Assembly (NCBI GenBank): GCA_001662655.1
Contig: KV460219.1
Strand: one strand, 5' to 3'
DNA length: 64,000 nucleotides
Source of the DNA: Pseudogymnoascus verrucosus
Taxonomy: Eukaryota
Each line of letters starts with the position of its first letter. Position 1 is the first letter of the stretch. Shown piece by piece: positions 11,003 through 24,824 of this stretch. A program made the position numbers and the translations under genes. The notes below the pieces were generated by a model. The model made no database searches, was not told the origin of the DNA, and saw only the letters and a list, made by a program, of their open reading frames with translations.

Positions 11003-13097
11003 TCATCCGAAAGTCGTCCCTCCAGTTCCACGACCGAAATTGGAGTAACCAAGCCCAGTGCTCAGCCTCCTTCCTCGTTCGCCGGGTCCGATACTATTCC
11101 CTCGGATACCAACTGGGCTGCTCATCCTCCGTTGTACAGATGCGCGGGGTACGTCAAGTCTGTGCTGTGTACCCGCCAACGGCTGTTCCACCGTGTCAAT
11201 CCCTTCTTCATCCTCCGAAGTCTCATATAGAGCCTCATCCCCCGCGATGATGGTGCCTTCATCATCATCATCATCATGAGGGGTCAATAGTTCCTCGTCA
11301 TCACTCCCATCCTCATCGTCGCTAGCCTGATTAAACCCCTCCATCTCAACTAACATAAATATCGGAATCGCCCCAAGGATCGCAATGAACCCCAACATCC
11401 ACCACGCCACAATAACATACCCCCTCTCCAACCCCCACGAGAACGCCGCGCCAGCAAAGAACGGCCCAGCAGCTCGCCCAATCGAACTCACGCTCGTGGC
11501 AACCCCATTCAGCGTCCCCAGCAGCCTCAAGCTCGCCGCGGAATTCGTCAACATTATCGTACTACATGGGAACATGAAGATGCCGCAGAACGCCTTGACG
11601 ATCATCAAGCTGAACATCGCAAGTTGCTGACGTATCGGGTTCTGGATAAGCGCCGTATACGGCGTGACGAACATGACGGATGGGATAATGACTGCGCACA
11701 CGCGGTAGCACCGCAGGACGCCGAACCGCCGTACCACCACGGGAAAGACGAAGAACTGCACGATGCCGCTGCAGATTCCGTAGGCGGTGAAGAGAGTCCC
11801 AATGCGGGAGGAGGAGATGCCGAAGCCTCCGCTGAATTTGAAGGGGAGTTTCGTGTTGGAGGAGTCGGGGGCTTGTTGGGGGTGGTGCATGAAGATTGGG
11901 AGGAGTTGGTCCATTGCCATGCTGTGGAGGGCGAGGATGGCGTAGGAGAGGAGGTTAAGGTTCGACTGCTTGTTGAAGACTTCCCAAACGGAGGGGCCGG
12001 CCACTTGGGGTGTCTTGGGTCCTTGCCATGTGGTGTCGAATGGCTTGCTGGAGGAGTGAGAGTTACTGCGGGAGTGGGTGTTGTTGAGCAGAGCAGCTCC
12101 GAGCTCATCGTCGTCATAGTCACGGTTCCGCCTCTTCTTGCGGGACTTGACACACCGAACCAGCCTCTGGCCGATATAAATCCCGTAATCGGGTTTGTTC
12201 TTGCGAGTCTCTAGGGTCTCTTTCAGAAAAAGGAAGCCGACAATAATGCCGACGGCAAAGAAGATGGACGCTATCATATTAGGCAGCGCGAAGGGAAACT
12301 TTGTGAGCAACTTGTTGTTGCCGAAGAGTCCAGGAAGATTGACGGCCGGAGAAGCAAAGAAACCACCAAAGGCTGGTCCCAGGATACTACCAAAGCTCCA
12401 TACGAGAGGCATGACTGAGAACGCACGGGGCTGAAGGCTCCTTTCAGGCACCATTTCCGCGACCATGGTTCGAATGATACCAACTACCGCTATTTAGCTT
12501 TTGGGCTCTGAACGAAGGGACTGATCACAACTAACCATTTCCGTTTCCTCCGCCGGAGAGAGCTCTCGCAATAATCGCCCAAGTAAGTGATGTCGAGAAA
12601 CCCCACAATATACTCATGATCATAGTCGAGGTAAGCCCCAATAAGATCACCGGTTTGCGGCCGAACATGTCGGACGCTCTACCCCATATTATGGCCGTAA
12701 TGCTCTGGCTCAGACTGAATACAGCACTTGTGATTCCTATAAATCCGTGAGTCTCATGTTTCATATGTTTCACGCGGGAAGACGGTGGTGTCTTACCTGC
12801 CCACTTGGCTACCTCTTGCTTTTTGACCCCGAAACTCTCGATCATTTCGGGCTTCTGGAAGTTAGCATTGTGCGCAATATAAAGTCAATCTCATTTGAGG
12901 CATAGAGGTTGATAGAAAGATTCCTCTTACCAGATACGGAAAGACGCTCGTTGCCGCGATTGGCTCTGCGAATCTACATATTGCTACCGAGGATATCAGC
13001 GCTCGGCATCCCATCAAGAAATTAACAGAGCAGATTTACCCAGTATGATCAGCTGCCGCACAGGCAGCTTTGGCTCACGGCGAGACATCTTGGTCAT
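11003..13097 (-). CDS. MFS transporter (YCR023C/ZIFL-like, tetracycline-efflux-related)
   Basis: Multi-exon; begins MTKMSRREPKLPVRQL; MFS motif A (WGRASDMFGRKPV), GNGN, many TM helices, LGTLNGVATSVSSIGRAAGP. Confidence 0.88.
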
Positions 13098-13383
13098 CTT
13101 AATATCCCCTCAGGACGACAGCGGATGAAGTTTGGGTTGCCCTATGGGCGTCTCGTATACGTAACCACTACGCTTCTGGGGTGCATGAAAGGCAAAATGG
13201 TTCTTTATAGTGGATATAGTGGATATAGTATGGTTGGGCACAATATCAAAGCCAGTTTAGCCATAAGATTATTATAGATATATGTTTATAGATGCAAACA
13301 GGCAGTACAGGAAGCAAAACACGACAAGATCAAAGAAGAGGAGGAGGAAGGCTGGAGGAGCTGCGAGGAGCTAGAAGATATGA

Positions 13384-13502
13384 GGTCACGTGATACGATG
13401 ACTCTATGATCGGGCAATCGTTGTTTATAAGTCCGTTGAACACCCCGAGGTCGGATTACCTAAAAGAGGGGCAAAATGGTGGGGTTTGTGGTCACGTGAT
13501 AC
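13384..13502. promoter_or_regulatory. Paired E-boxes (GGTCACGTGATAC x2) in a divergent promoter
   Basis: Identical 13-mers at 13384-13396 and 13490-13502; CCAAT boxes nearby (about 13534, 13549 on the minus strand, 13573). Confidence 0.6.
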
Positions 13503-14014
13503 TGTGATTGCAATCATTTGTGATGATTGTAACCAATTATAAGGCGTGATTGGGCCGTTCATCCGTGCTTAACCAATCAGAGCGTTCTGTCAAAAGCTTG
13601 AGTGGCTATTCCTTCAACCCACCATCCTATTCCAGACTAACGTACACTAGTCTGCAAATATCCGTAGCTTACTAGACGGAGCGGATGAATTGCCGACGCC
13701 GAGGCCACCAGGTACCTCTTGCTTGTACCTCCACACTTTGGCAGTTCCTAGCGCTACTTCCAGCCAACTCCAGCCATCGGTACTTCTTATCCTGCCTTGT
13801 TATCCTACGCGTTACATGTACTACCCACCAAGGCTAACGAGCTTGGGAAGGAGGTCAAGCTTCATAGTCCTACTTACACTTCTTCCCCTCCTCCACTTGC
13901 GAATTCACTGATCGTCACTTTATTCCGCCTCGGACTTCATATCGCGGGCATTGTGCCTATATATGTATGCACATACTGCCCTCACCTTCACGTCAAGGTC
14001 ATCTACCAGCTGCC

Positions 14015-16452
14015 ATGGCTCCCGATGACCGCACACCTCTCCTTGGAGCTTCTTCGACAGCTCAGCCAGCTCGACTGCCTCAACAACAAAGTTCGGCTGC
14101 TGTTCGTCGTCGATTCGCATATATCGCTACAGGCTCATTGGCTATTGCCTTTGTCATCCTCGTTCTGATTCCAGCGGCCTTTATCCCCCACCTTCTCGAC
14201 GATCTCGTGCCCTCGCGCGGCAAGTTTCAATACGCCGACCTCGAGAATCTGCTTCTGAACAGTCCCAGCACGGAGAAGCTGTCAGAATGGAGCAAATACT
14301 ACACCTCGGGTCCTCATCTGGCCGGGACCAACCTCAGCCAGGCTGTTTGGACACAGGAGAAGTGGAAGGAGTTTGGAATTGAAGACTCAAGTGTTGTTCC
14401 ATACGATGTTTACCTGAACTACCCTCTCGGACATAGACTTGCACTCTTGGAGAAACCCAGCAAGGGACATTCGAAAGATGGCGAGGCAACATGGAAGGTC
14501 AAGTTCGAAGCTTCATTGGAGGAGGATGTGCTGGAAGAAGACCCGACGACTGGCGCTTCCAATAGGATCCCAACATTCCACGGTTATTCTGCGAACGGCA
14601 ACGTCACCGCACGATATGTATATGTCAACTACGGCACATACCATGACTTTGAGGACCTGATCAAGGCCAATGTCTCCCTGGAAGGCAACATCGCCATCGC
14701 AAGATACGGCCATGTCTTCAGAGGCCTGAAGATTAAGCGTGCGCAAGAGCTGGGCATGGTCGGCGCAGTCCTTTTTACTGACCCTGGTGATGATGGGACC
14801 CCACTCCATGATATGTCTGAAAATTACCCAGATGGACCTGGCCGCAACCCATCCAGTGTCCAGCGTGGAAGCGCTCAGTTCCTGTCCATGGGACCCGGCG
14901 ACCCTACCACGCCTGGCTACCCTTCGAAGCCTGGAGTACCTCGATCCCCAACAGACGACAATATTCCACGGATTCCCTCTATTCCCATATCGTATACCGA
15001 CGCGATTCCAATCCTCAAGGCGCTCAATGGTCATGGCCCAGTGCCGAAGGACTTGAACAAGTACTGGAATGTCAACCTCGGTCTCGTGACGCGTGGTGTT
15101 CACTATAATGCCGGCCCATCCCCAGAAGGTCTTGTTTTGAACCTAGTAAACGAGCAGGATTACAAGATCACACCTATCTGGAACGTCATTGGTATAATCA
15201 ACGGGACTCTTTCTGATGAAGTCGTTGTTGTTGGAAACCACCGCGACGCGTGGATCGTTGGAGGTGCTGGTGACCCCAACTCCGGATCCGCAGCTATGAT
15301 GGAGGTCATCCGCGGCTTTGGGCAGGCGCTCTCCAAGGGCTGGAAACCGCTTCGCACTATTGTCTTCGCAAGCTGGGATGGTGAGGAGTATGGTTTGGTC
15401 GGCAGCACGGAGTGGGTAGAAGAGTACATCCCTTGGCTGAGCGAAGCCAATGTTGCCTATGTCAACATCGACGTTGGCTGCAGTGGACCAAAATTCGTTG
15501 CGGCCGCCTCACCTCTGCTAAACAACCTCATCCACGAGGTGACCGGCAGGGTGCAGTCGCCGAACCAGACTGTGGAAGGGCAAACCGTTCGCGACGTATG
15601 GGGTGGTCACATCAGTACCATGGGCAGCGGCTCCGACTTCACCGCCTTCCAAGACTTCGCTGGCATCTCCTCGATCGACATCGGCTTCACCGCGAGCCAA
15701 GAAAGCGCAGTCTACCAGTACCACTCCAACTACGACAGCTACCACTGGATGGAGACCTACGGCGACCCAGGCTGGCACTACCACGCCACCATCTCCAAGG
15801 TCCTCGGCCTCTTCGTCGCCAAGCTCGTCGATTCCCCCCTCGTCCCCTTCCGCACCACCGACTACGGCACAGCACTCATCTCATACGTCCAGCAGATCCA
15901 GGACCTCGTCGACAACGGCCCCGCGCGCTCCTCCACGATCCGCTTCCGACCAACCCCAGAAGCTTCTACCGACTCCGCCTCCCGCCACAAGCACCTCCAC
16001 CGCGGCCTCAAGCACATGCAGGGCTCCGCGCACCGCTTCCTCGACGTAGCACGCGTCTTCGACGAGCACGTCGACAAGCTGCGCGAGCGCGCTGAGCACG
16101 GCTACGGATGGCTGAGATGGTGCGCGCGCCTGAAACTGTACCTGGGTGTCCGTAAGGCGAATTTCGCGATGAAGCTCCTCGATAGGAAGTTCTTGCATGC
16201 GCCGGGTCTGACGGGGAGGAGTTGGTTTAAGCATGTGATTTTTGCACCGGGATTGTGGACTGGGTATGCTGGTGGTGAGTTTTCCTGATCCCCGTGATGT
16301 GATGTAAAGTGTGTGTTTGCTAACGAGGTGTAGCGGTGTTTCCTAGTCTGGCGGAGGCGATTGATAATGAGGATGGGATGGGAGCGGTTGGGTGGATGCA
16401 GATTATTGATGATAAGATCATTAAAGCGACGAAGAGTTTAGAATTATATTGA
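14015..16452 (+). CDS. Glutamate carboxypeptidase II/transferrin-receptor-like M28B peptidase (Vps70/Tre family)
   Basis: N-terminal TM, PA domain (YVNYG..IARYG), GNHRDAW, GDPNSGSA, SWDGEEYG, YHSNYD, TfR dimer domain (WFKHVIFAPG). Intron 16275-16333. Alternative ATG at 13967. Confidence 0.92.
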
Positions 16453-16825
16453 AGATACTTAAGATAGATCATCGTGGTATTTTGGGAAAGGTCCTTGGAT
16501 GCGCATTGGTATATGAATTCTGAGACTAGACAGGATAGTGGAGCATAGTTGAATATGACGCCCTGAAATAATATCTAGAGATAATTAAGTGATTAAATGG
16601 TGAAAAAATATATTAATCCGCATCTTAAAAATATTACGCACAAGCAATTGCCCTTGGGATTTTTACACAAACACACAATTCTCACATACCACCCACCTAC
16701 AACCACAATGATAAAAACTTGGACAATACCACGCGCATTACATTCATACATGTCGCATGCCAAAAAAAAACTGCAAAAAACTGCAAAAATATGATGAGAG
16801 AATCTGTAGAGAAACTCGGGATTTG

Positions 16826-16898
16826 AGCCCGAGGCGGGGCTCGAACCCGCGACCTTGAGATTAAGAGTCACACGCTCTACCGATTGAGCTACCCAGGC
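16826..16898 (-). tRNA. tRNA-Lys (CTT), intronless, 73 nt
   Basis: GCCTGGG..TAGCTCAATCGGTAGAGC..CT-CTT-AA..GGTTCGAGCCC..CTCGGGC-T folds as a cloverleaf; downstream T-runs. Confidence 0.95.
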
Positions 16899-17070
16899 AG
16901 GGTGATTGTTGGTCGATGTCCCTCGATCAATACATAAGCACCACCAGAACTCTACTCATACGCCTCGAAAATTATTTTCTCTAGGATTTACCTCCCTCTC
17001 GAGCTCTCGCGCTTTATCTACAATCCCCCCACTAAAAAATAGGCCAACCACTCTCTCCCCCCACTACAAT

Positions 17071-18539
17071 CTACTGCGCACCCAACGTCTCCAGCGCCGC
17101 CCTCAGCTCCCGAATCGCCGTCTCCGAGTCCTCGAAATTCAACGCGCTAATCGCCCACCTCGCGTGCTTCTGCGCCTTGGCCACTGCCACATCATCCAAC
17201 ACCACCGTTGCCTGCGGTCGAGGCGCAGTGGCAACGGGTTGTGGTGGTAGCGTTGACCCTACAGGCGCGGCGATCGTGGACACGGGAGGCGCGTCGTACG
17301 CTGCTTGTGTTGCTGCTGGTGGTGCTGGTGGCTGAGGCGGCGATTGGGAGTAGTAGGAATCGATGTTCTGGTCTGCTGTGTGTCCTGTGTTAGGAGTGTA
17401 GTCGACGGTGGGGAAGGTGGGGAGGGTAGGTTGTTCGTGAGGAGGGCTGATGACGCTGGGTTTCGGGGATGTGGTGGGGGGGAGGTGAGTTGGGAGTGTT
17501 GTTGGTGCAGAGGGTATGTCACGGGCGTCTGTTGGAACTTCGGGGAAGTATCCGCCGCCTAGGGAACCGGAGCGGTCGTGTGGTGAGGCGGATGGAGAGG
17601 GTACGATAGGAGAGACGTTTTGGGAGGTGGCGGAGGGGTTGAAGAGCTGAGGTGGTGGACCAGGGTGAGAGGCGGTTGGTGGGGTATTTTGCCGCGAGGG
17701 CTCTTGAGACGGGTGGAGGGACTTGTTGAGCAGCGACTGTGCGGCGAGGTGAGGGGACATTAAATCCTGCTCGTCTGGGACATCTTCTGCCGTCGGTGGT
17801 GGTGGGCGAGACTGATTGCTGCCTAGTTGTTGCAACTCGGATTCGCTGGCTTGATCTGGTGCTTCCTCTGGTCCAGGCTCAGGAATTGGGTTGGATTCGT
17901 TGGGATCTTTGCCCTCCTTGATTGCTTTGATGATGCGGACAGCGTTCCATTTTGCGTAGCGGAGCTTGGCCTGGATTTCTTGGTCTGCCTCACCCCATAT
18001 GTTCAGGAGTTCGAGAAATGTGGATGCGGCGAGGAAGGTATCTGCGGTTTGCCTTGAATTGATTAGAATGCGTAGCCGTAACGTGGCGGAGAGTTTCCTT
18101 ACTTTGTAACCTTGTTGGCTTGGACGGCTCGGTCAGCTCGCTCAAACGTTTCGAGGCCGAATTGCTCCACGTATGCCTGTCCAGCAGTATCGTCGATTAT
18201 GGCATCGTCGTCCGCATATTTACTCTTCGTCTGGAATAACTTGTTAGCCTTCATTGATGGTATATGCCTCGCAAGCGTACCTGTTCCAGCTTGTCCATCA
18301 GCTTTGACGTATATTGAAGGCATTCTGAGTCGGTGTTATGGAGTCCTCTGGCGATCAGTTGGTTGACAATCCAGTATTCGCCTGGGCAACATTAGTTACA
18401 ATACACGGTTATGAATACAGCTCCCAAACTTACACCAATACGCGATCGCCGGCTTCACTTGCTCTAACTGCGCAGCTCTCTGTGCGAATCTGGCGATATC
18501 TGCATTTGCCTTGAGCTTTGCGGGGAGGGAGGCGGCCAT
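17071..18539 (-). CDS. VTA1: Vta1 (Vps4 cofactor, ESCRT)
   Basis: MAASLPAKLK..DIARFAQRAAQLEQVKPAIAYW start (MIT region), Pro-rich linker, C-terminal VSL motif AKAQKHARWAISALNFED; several introns. Confidence 0.92.
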
Positions 18540-18960
18540 GGCGCCCGGCGTTGTTGGGGCTGCTGCAGATGCCTCCTAGGGATATCTATGGAAAGCGAGG
18601 TCGTTACTAAGAGTATATTACTGTTTCCATAAGCTTTCCCGTACTCAAATCCAAGAAATGAGGTCTTTGATCGAATATCAGAGGGTCCAAGAGGATCTCC
18701 AAACAGCGGAGCTCCCCCGCCTGACGTAGAGTCCGCTTAGCGTTCGCGACTCAGCGCACGGACCACACGTATCATGCAGCTTCCCCAGACTCTTTATCCA
18801 GATTGGGGATTGTAGCTACTGTGGCCACTTCGTGTCAGGACAACTTGTCACATAAACAATGAAAGAACTGTAACTCTGATCTGTTTTATATATAAACCAT
18901 AGCTGTGACACGTCGATCTCACTCTATACCATCCTCTCAATATCCTCATTATCTCACGCA

Positions 18961-20491
18961 ATGGTGTATACCGGAGCTCTGGCCGCGGCCGCTACGGCTT
19001 TATTGTTGGCTTCGCCCGCCACCGCGGCGGGTCTTTACCCCAAAAGCTCCGCGGTTCTCCAAGTCGATGCTAAAAACTACGACCGCCTCATCGCAAAGTC
19101 CAACTACACCTCTGTAAGCTCCCCATACATATGTACAATGAACTACGCGCTAATGGTCTCGATAGATTGTAGAGTTCTATGCTCCATGGTGTGGCCACTG
19201 CAAGAGCCTCCAACCTGCGTATGAGAATGCAGCCAAGAAGCTCGCCGGCCTCGCCAAGGTCGCGGCTGTTAACTGCGATGAGGATATCAACAAGCAGTTC
19301 TGCGGGAGCATGGGTGTCCAGGGATTTCCAACTCTGAAGATTGTCAAGCCAGGCAAGAAGTTCGGAAAGCCAATCGTTGAGGATTACCAGGGAGCGCGCG
19401 AGGCGAAGCCCATCGTCGAAGCAGTCTCAGCCAAGATCGCAAACCATGTATCTAAGGTCACCGACAAGGAATTGGACGCCTTCATGGCCGAGAACGTTGA
19501 CACCCACAAGGCCATCCTGTTCACCGAGAAAGGATCTACAAGCTCCCTATTGAAGGCAATTGCCATCGATTTCCTGGGTGGCATCAAAGTCGCTCAAATC
19601 AGGAGCAAGGAGGCGAGAGCCGTGGAGATGTTCAGCGTTGAGAAGTTCCCCACCATTGTCCTCCTACCCGCTGGCAACGGCGCGTCAGCCACCACCTACG
19701 ATGGCGAGCTTAAGAAGGACGATATCGTGAAGTTCCTCTCCTCTGTCCACCCGCCAAACCCAGACCCAGCACCTGCGAAGGGCAAGGCTGCCAAAGAGAA
19801 GAAGACTGAAAAGAAGTCTGAGAAGAAGTCCGAGAAGAAAGCAGAAAAGAAGGCAGCGAAGAAGGCCGAGGAGGAATTCGAGGAAGCTTCTTCGTCCCAA
19901 AAGGAATCCGAGGCCTCCGCCAGTGAGACCGCTGAAGCATCAGAAGAAGCCTCGGAACCCACTGAGTCGCCGAGCGCCGAGGCCGAGAAACCAGTCGTTC
20001 TTACCCCACCCATCCCAGTTATCACCAGCGAAACCGAACTCGCAGACGCATGTCTGACCCCCAAGTCCGGGACCTGCGTGTTGGCTTTCACATCGGCAAA
20101 GGGTGGCGATGTTTCCGTACAGAGCATCGAAGGCCTCGCGGAGGTCGCGTTTAAGTACCATAACTCCAAGCACGCTATCTTCCCCTTCTACGCTGTCGCT
20201 GAGGAGGTCACTGGCATGCCTGAGCTGAAGGCTGCGCTCGGCCTCACCAACGACGTTGATGTTGTCGCTATAAACGCAAAGAGGGGCTGGATGAGGAAGT
20301 ACTCTGGAGATGTGTACACGCATGAGGCAATTGAGATGTGGATTGACTCCATCAGAATGGGTGAGGGCGAGAAGCAAGTCCTCCCTGGTATCCTCATTGG
20401 CAAGACTCCCGAGCAAGTCGCCCAAACCACGACGATCCAGGTTGAGGAAACCGAACCCAAGGAGACTGTCTCCGTTAAGGACGAGCTATGA
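18961..20491 (+). CDS. MPD1: ER protein disulfide isomerase-related thioredoxin (Mpd1/PrpA-like)
   Basis: Signal peptide, EFYAPWCGHC after intron 19114-19166, GFPTLK, C-terminal KDEL. Confidence 0.88.
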
Positions 20492-20722
20492 AAAACGCGC
20501 CGGTCCATTGGCAATGTAACAACTTGATTTCTCTCCTTAGGCGAGTCGTTGTACAATAGCGTAGCTTAGTGAACGCAGCAGTATTTATTTAACCCCATGC
20601 TCCACGCAAACCCATGCTCCCATGTCTCCTCTCCCGCGCCAAACTCCAGTACGCCACTACCCACACTTTTCCAACCCCCCAAACATCAAGTATGAACCTA
20701 TCTCAAACCGCAATCCCACCCC

Positions 20723-21585
20723 TCATGCTCCCAAAATCTTCTTCCCCTGCCTCCTAACAACCCCATCCATAATTGCCCGAACCTGCTTACACCCATCCAC
20801 GCCAACTGCCAACATCCCCTCCACGCGCGAAACCTGCACCCGACTCTCCAACACACAAACGCTCACCCTCTCTCCACCGCCGGTTGCAACTGTCAGAAAT
20901 GGTAATTCTTGCTCCTCCATCAAACACAGATCTAGCAGCGGATCCGCCGCCTCGTCGCCCGCGGCGTGTGCGCTCGTCGTCCCGGCCGTTACGGCGCAGA
21001 GGTAGTCGGGCATTGGGACACCGGCGTCGATTAAGGCGAGTGTTGCGGCATTCAAGCAGGCGGCTAACAGGGCACCGTCTTGGGCGAGTACTTGGATCGA
21101 GATGGCGATTGTAGAGTGTGGGTATAGGTGTGTGAAAAGGGTGGTAGAGAAGGCGTTTGCGATGGTCATTTGCATCTCTGCTAGGCGTCTGTTTCAGTCA
21201 GTCTCCTGCTCCCCCACATACACCCGCTTCCCCCCATCTTCCCAAAACCTCAAACCCAGCCATCGCACAACACAACAACAAGAAAGAAAAAAACTCACTT
21301 ATCCCCCCTCCCCCACTTCTTCCTATCCGTCCCACTGAACCCCGCCACCCCAATCTCAACCGTCACCGCGGCCTCCCCATCCTTCCCCCCCCCCGCCCCA
21401 GTCCTCTTCCCCTCCGCCGGCCCCGCAACCGTGCACAGCACCTTCGTATTCCCCATCTCGAGGTACGACGATCCGTCCGCGGACGGCTGGACTGAGATAG
21501 ACGCGTGCAGACGGCGCAGCTCGTTCCAGCGGCGGCCGTCGAGGCGCAGGAGCGCGAGGTGGTAGGAGGAGGTGTCGAGGGGCAT
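20723..21585 (-). CDS. RRP41: Exosome core RNase PH subunit Rrp41/Ski6
   Basis: LRLDGRRWNELR, ADGSSYLEMGNTKV, QVLAQDG, LALIDAGVPM; intron 21298-21189. Confidence 0.93.
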
Positions 21586-22095
21586 GGTTATGTGTGTGCG
21601 TGTGTGTGGTGGTGGGTTGTTTGGGTGCTGCTTGAGCGGTTCTGGGGATTGGAGGAGATGGAGGTTATTTTGGGTGGGGGGAAGAGATTAGATTAGATTG
21701 GGGATTTTTTTTGGACGGGAGCTATGACCTTTTGAGGATTGACAACATATGAGCACTGAGCACTGGCGGTACAAGAGAAGATGAGCAGACAATGAATAGT
21801 TTTGTTTAGATGAATGATTTTTTTATATTTAATTTTGCCTCGATAAATTTAATATATACATCAAGGAGAGGAGTTTTTCGGGTGGTACAAGTTAATATCT
21901 ATCTAGTCTTGTCATTTCAATACCCCATTTGCGCCTGACTCTTCGAAATCCTATTTCGAGAGTTTGAAATCAGAAGCGGCAGCAGCAAACACTTCGTATG
22001 CTTGCCTTTCCCATTCTATGTTTCATGAACTGTATTTCAGCTTTCTCCGACAAGCCTTACTGGCTTTTTAAGTTTGTACAATTGTGTTTGGGAAT

Positions 22096-23183
22096 CTACT
22101 TCCTCCTGTTGCCTTGCATCATCAGGATTTGGACCATGCGGATGAAGATGTTGAGGAAGTCGAGCTCGAGGCTAGGAGATAGTTAGCAATTGACCTGGTA
22201 GATATGAATGATGTAAATGGAACATACCTGATACTCTCGTTGACAGGATCCCTCTTAATCAAACCACGCTCGGCAAGACGGGCGTGGTTCAGCACCTTCT
22301 GGACATCGTACAGGGTGAAGCCACCAAAGACAGCCAGGCCACCGTACAGCCAGATGTTCTCAGTGAACGCTAGAGTGCGGACGGCGGTGGCGGGGAGGAC
22401 GAGAGGAGCGAAACCAGAGACAGCAACGATGGCGACACCAGCAAGGAGCGGTCCACCGAGGAAGAGGTACTTGTCGTTCTTAGCGGTAGCACCAACGAAA
22501 GCAATAGAACCCATCATGGCAATCGTGTAGAGGCCAGCGCGGGCCATAATCGCAGGAGGAGCCATGAACATCAGCGGCGCAATGAAAGCAGCCTGGGTAA
22601 CGTTGAACGCAGTCCACAATCCGTACTTCTGGACGTAGTTCGATGGATCAGTGTTTCTCGTTGCGATCATGGTACCAAAGCTCAGGGCGAGACCACCAAT
22701 CATCACAATCCATGGGTTCGTGGCCATGATGCGGTATACGAAGCCCGAGGTGTACATGGCGCGCGCGGCGACACCGATGATGCCGACGCCTAGACCGGTG
22801 TGCATGAACGTCTCATTGAGGTATGAGCGCTCGAAGGGTGGCATTCCGCCGTCCTCGCGAGTCTCGCGGTTGAACACCATGTTGATGGCGAGCAGGGTGC
22901 CACCGAACATGGCACCGCCGACGAGGAGGCGCTGCATCAGACTGCCGTTCGCTGTCGGATTCGAGACAGTGGTCGGTTGCACATTGTAGGCGCGCGTCTG
23001 CTTGAAGCCATTCTTGATTATGGGAGAGTTCTTGATTGACGAGGCGGTGCGGGAGGTGAATATGGCCTTTGTCGCGGGGGCGTGGTGGAAAGCCCGGACT
23101 GGGGCGGCGGATTTGAAGGCGGTCTTGGAGACGGCGGCGAGGGTGCCGGTAAGCCTGAACGGCTGGCGGATGGTGAATGACAT
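22096..23183 (-). CDS. Bax inhibitor-1 family protein, mitochondrial GHITM/MICS1-like
   Basis: Basic mitochondrial-type presequence, multiple TMs, YGGLAVFGGFTLYDVQK; last exon LELDFLNIFIRMVQIL. Confidence 0.9.
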
Positions 23184-24790
23184 GCTTGCGCGTATCCTTT
23201 CGGTGGTGAGGCACTCAGCTGAGATAAAGTGGTGTTGATGATATGATGGAGGGATAAATGTGTCGTCGATGGCGATTATGTATGTGCGATGGGAGTGGAG
23301 CAAGGCACGGAAGGATGACGACCTCCCAAGCATTTCTCGAACCTCGGCGAATCGTGCCTTAAATCCGGGGCCACTTCAGGGCCCAAGGGTGAGTCTGAGT
23401 CAGGTGATGTTGATTAATCAGCCGGGGTTAAGTTTGTAGTCACGTGATGCTTATTAAGCTGAGAATTGGAAGTGGACAGTATGAGGAAGAAGCGATTTAC
23501 TTAAAGATGGAACAATACTACAGGCTTCTAAATCTAAGTCGAGCCATATATCGATGAATTGGACATCGCTATGTATAGGTGGTGGTATTACCCTCTAAGA
23601 AATCTTTTTTCTTGTTGCGAGGTTATAATTACTCCGTGGTGCTTTGACGAGCAGTGTTGATCGATGCAAACACATCTGATTTGATCGTATCCCATATCCA
23701 TATCCCAATTATAAAAAGGGCCATACTGTGTTCTCTATGAGCCGCGCGACCCCTCTAATATCCTAGACTCGCCCGACAGGCCCAAGCTGGTTCCCGTCCC
23801 GGCCGTAGCCCTCGGCACAACGCGTGGATGAAGGGCCAAGAGGCACGCAGAGGTCCCTGCACGGCTGGTATGATCTGTTCTGATCTGATATGATTTGTGC
23901 AAAGACGGTGATCCCTTGGGATGTTCTGCATGCGGGAAATTGCAGCGTCGCAATTTCGCAAGAAGGGGTAATCGTCTAGAAGGGTTCTGGATGGATGGAA
24001 GGAATGGAAGAATAGAAGGAAGGGGGGGAATCCTTGTTGCTTGCTGTTAATCTGGGGGAAGCTACAGGGAAGGGACGAAGGGCTATTGACAGCTACTGCA
24101 CGCTATGAACCTGTGATGGGCCAGTGATGGACCCAGCTAATGAAGAGGTGCCCAATATTGGAGAGTAGACTTAGTAGATCTTTGAATTACCGGATCGGGC
24201 CCTGTACCAGAGAATGGGCTTTATACAGAGTCCTACTAAAGAAGCCGTGGTTACATTGCTAAGGCGCTGACGGCTTGCTTACGGTTTGCTGTTTGTATTA
24301 GTATGGAGGGACAGCTGATAGACCACGTATACAGTAGAGAATTTTATAGTAGTTTTAGTAGGACTGTTCTATTCTACTGTAACCCTAAGATGAAGTATCC
24401 TATATCTGCTACGTGCGTTAGACGTCGACGAGACTATAGCAACTATAGGAACTAGACAGAGTAACAGTAGAAAACTGTCAGGTATAACCAACTTATCCGT
24501 TAGTATAACACGTTAGTATAACAATAACTCGTTAGTATAGTATAGCATCGACAACTAGTAATTATACTATCTATTATAATCTTACTGTACAGACGGCACG
24601 AAGTTATGTGAGGGGAGGCACGAGGCACGAGGCCACTAATGAAGTAATGAAGTACCAGCTAGAGAAAGAGTACTTGTATTTCCCATACAAGCACAGCTCT
24701 TCTATCATGTATATTTTAGTTTACCTGTACATCTAACCTGTCTTCTTCAGCCAACAAAATAACGAATATCGTCATAGCGCCTAATAAGAA

Positions 24791-24824
24791 GTTACAAGAG
24801 TTACAAGAGTTACAAGAGTTACAA
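24791..24824. repeat. 9-bp tandem repeat (GTTACAAGA) about x3.7
   Basis: Directly visible. Confidence 0.85.

Noticed and set aside
11605..16234. Long antisense or alternative-frame ORFs over GC-rich genes (e.g. 11624-12214, 15412-16095)
   Set aside because: Shadow ORFs explained by the codon bias of the real genes.
24380..24388. TAACCCTAA, matching the telomerase RNA template of filamentous ascomycetes, in a 2.3-kb intergenic region
   Set aside because: A given 9-mer is expected about 0.5 times in both strands of 64 kb; I could not identify a pseudoknot or CR4/5 element.
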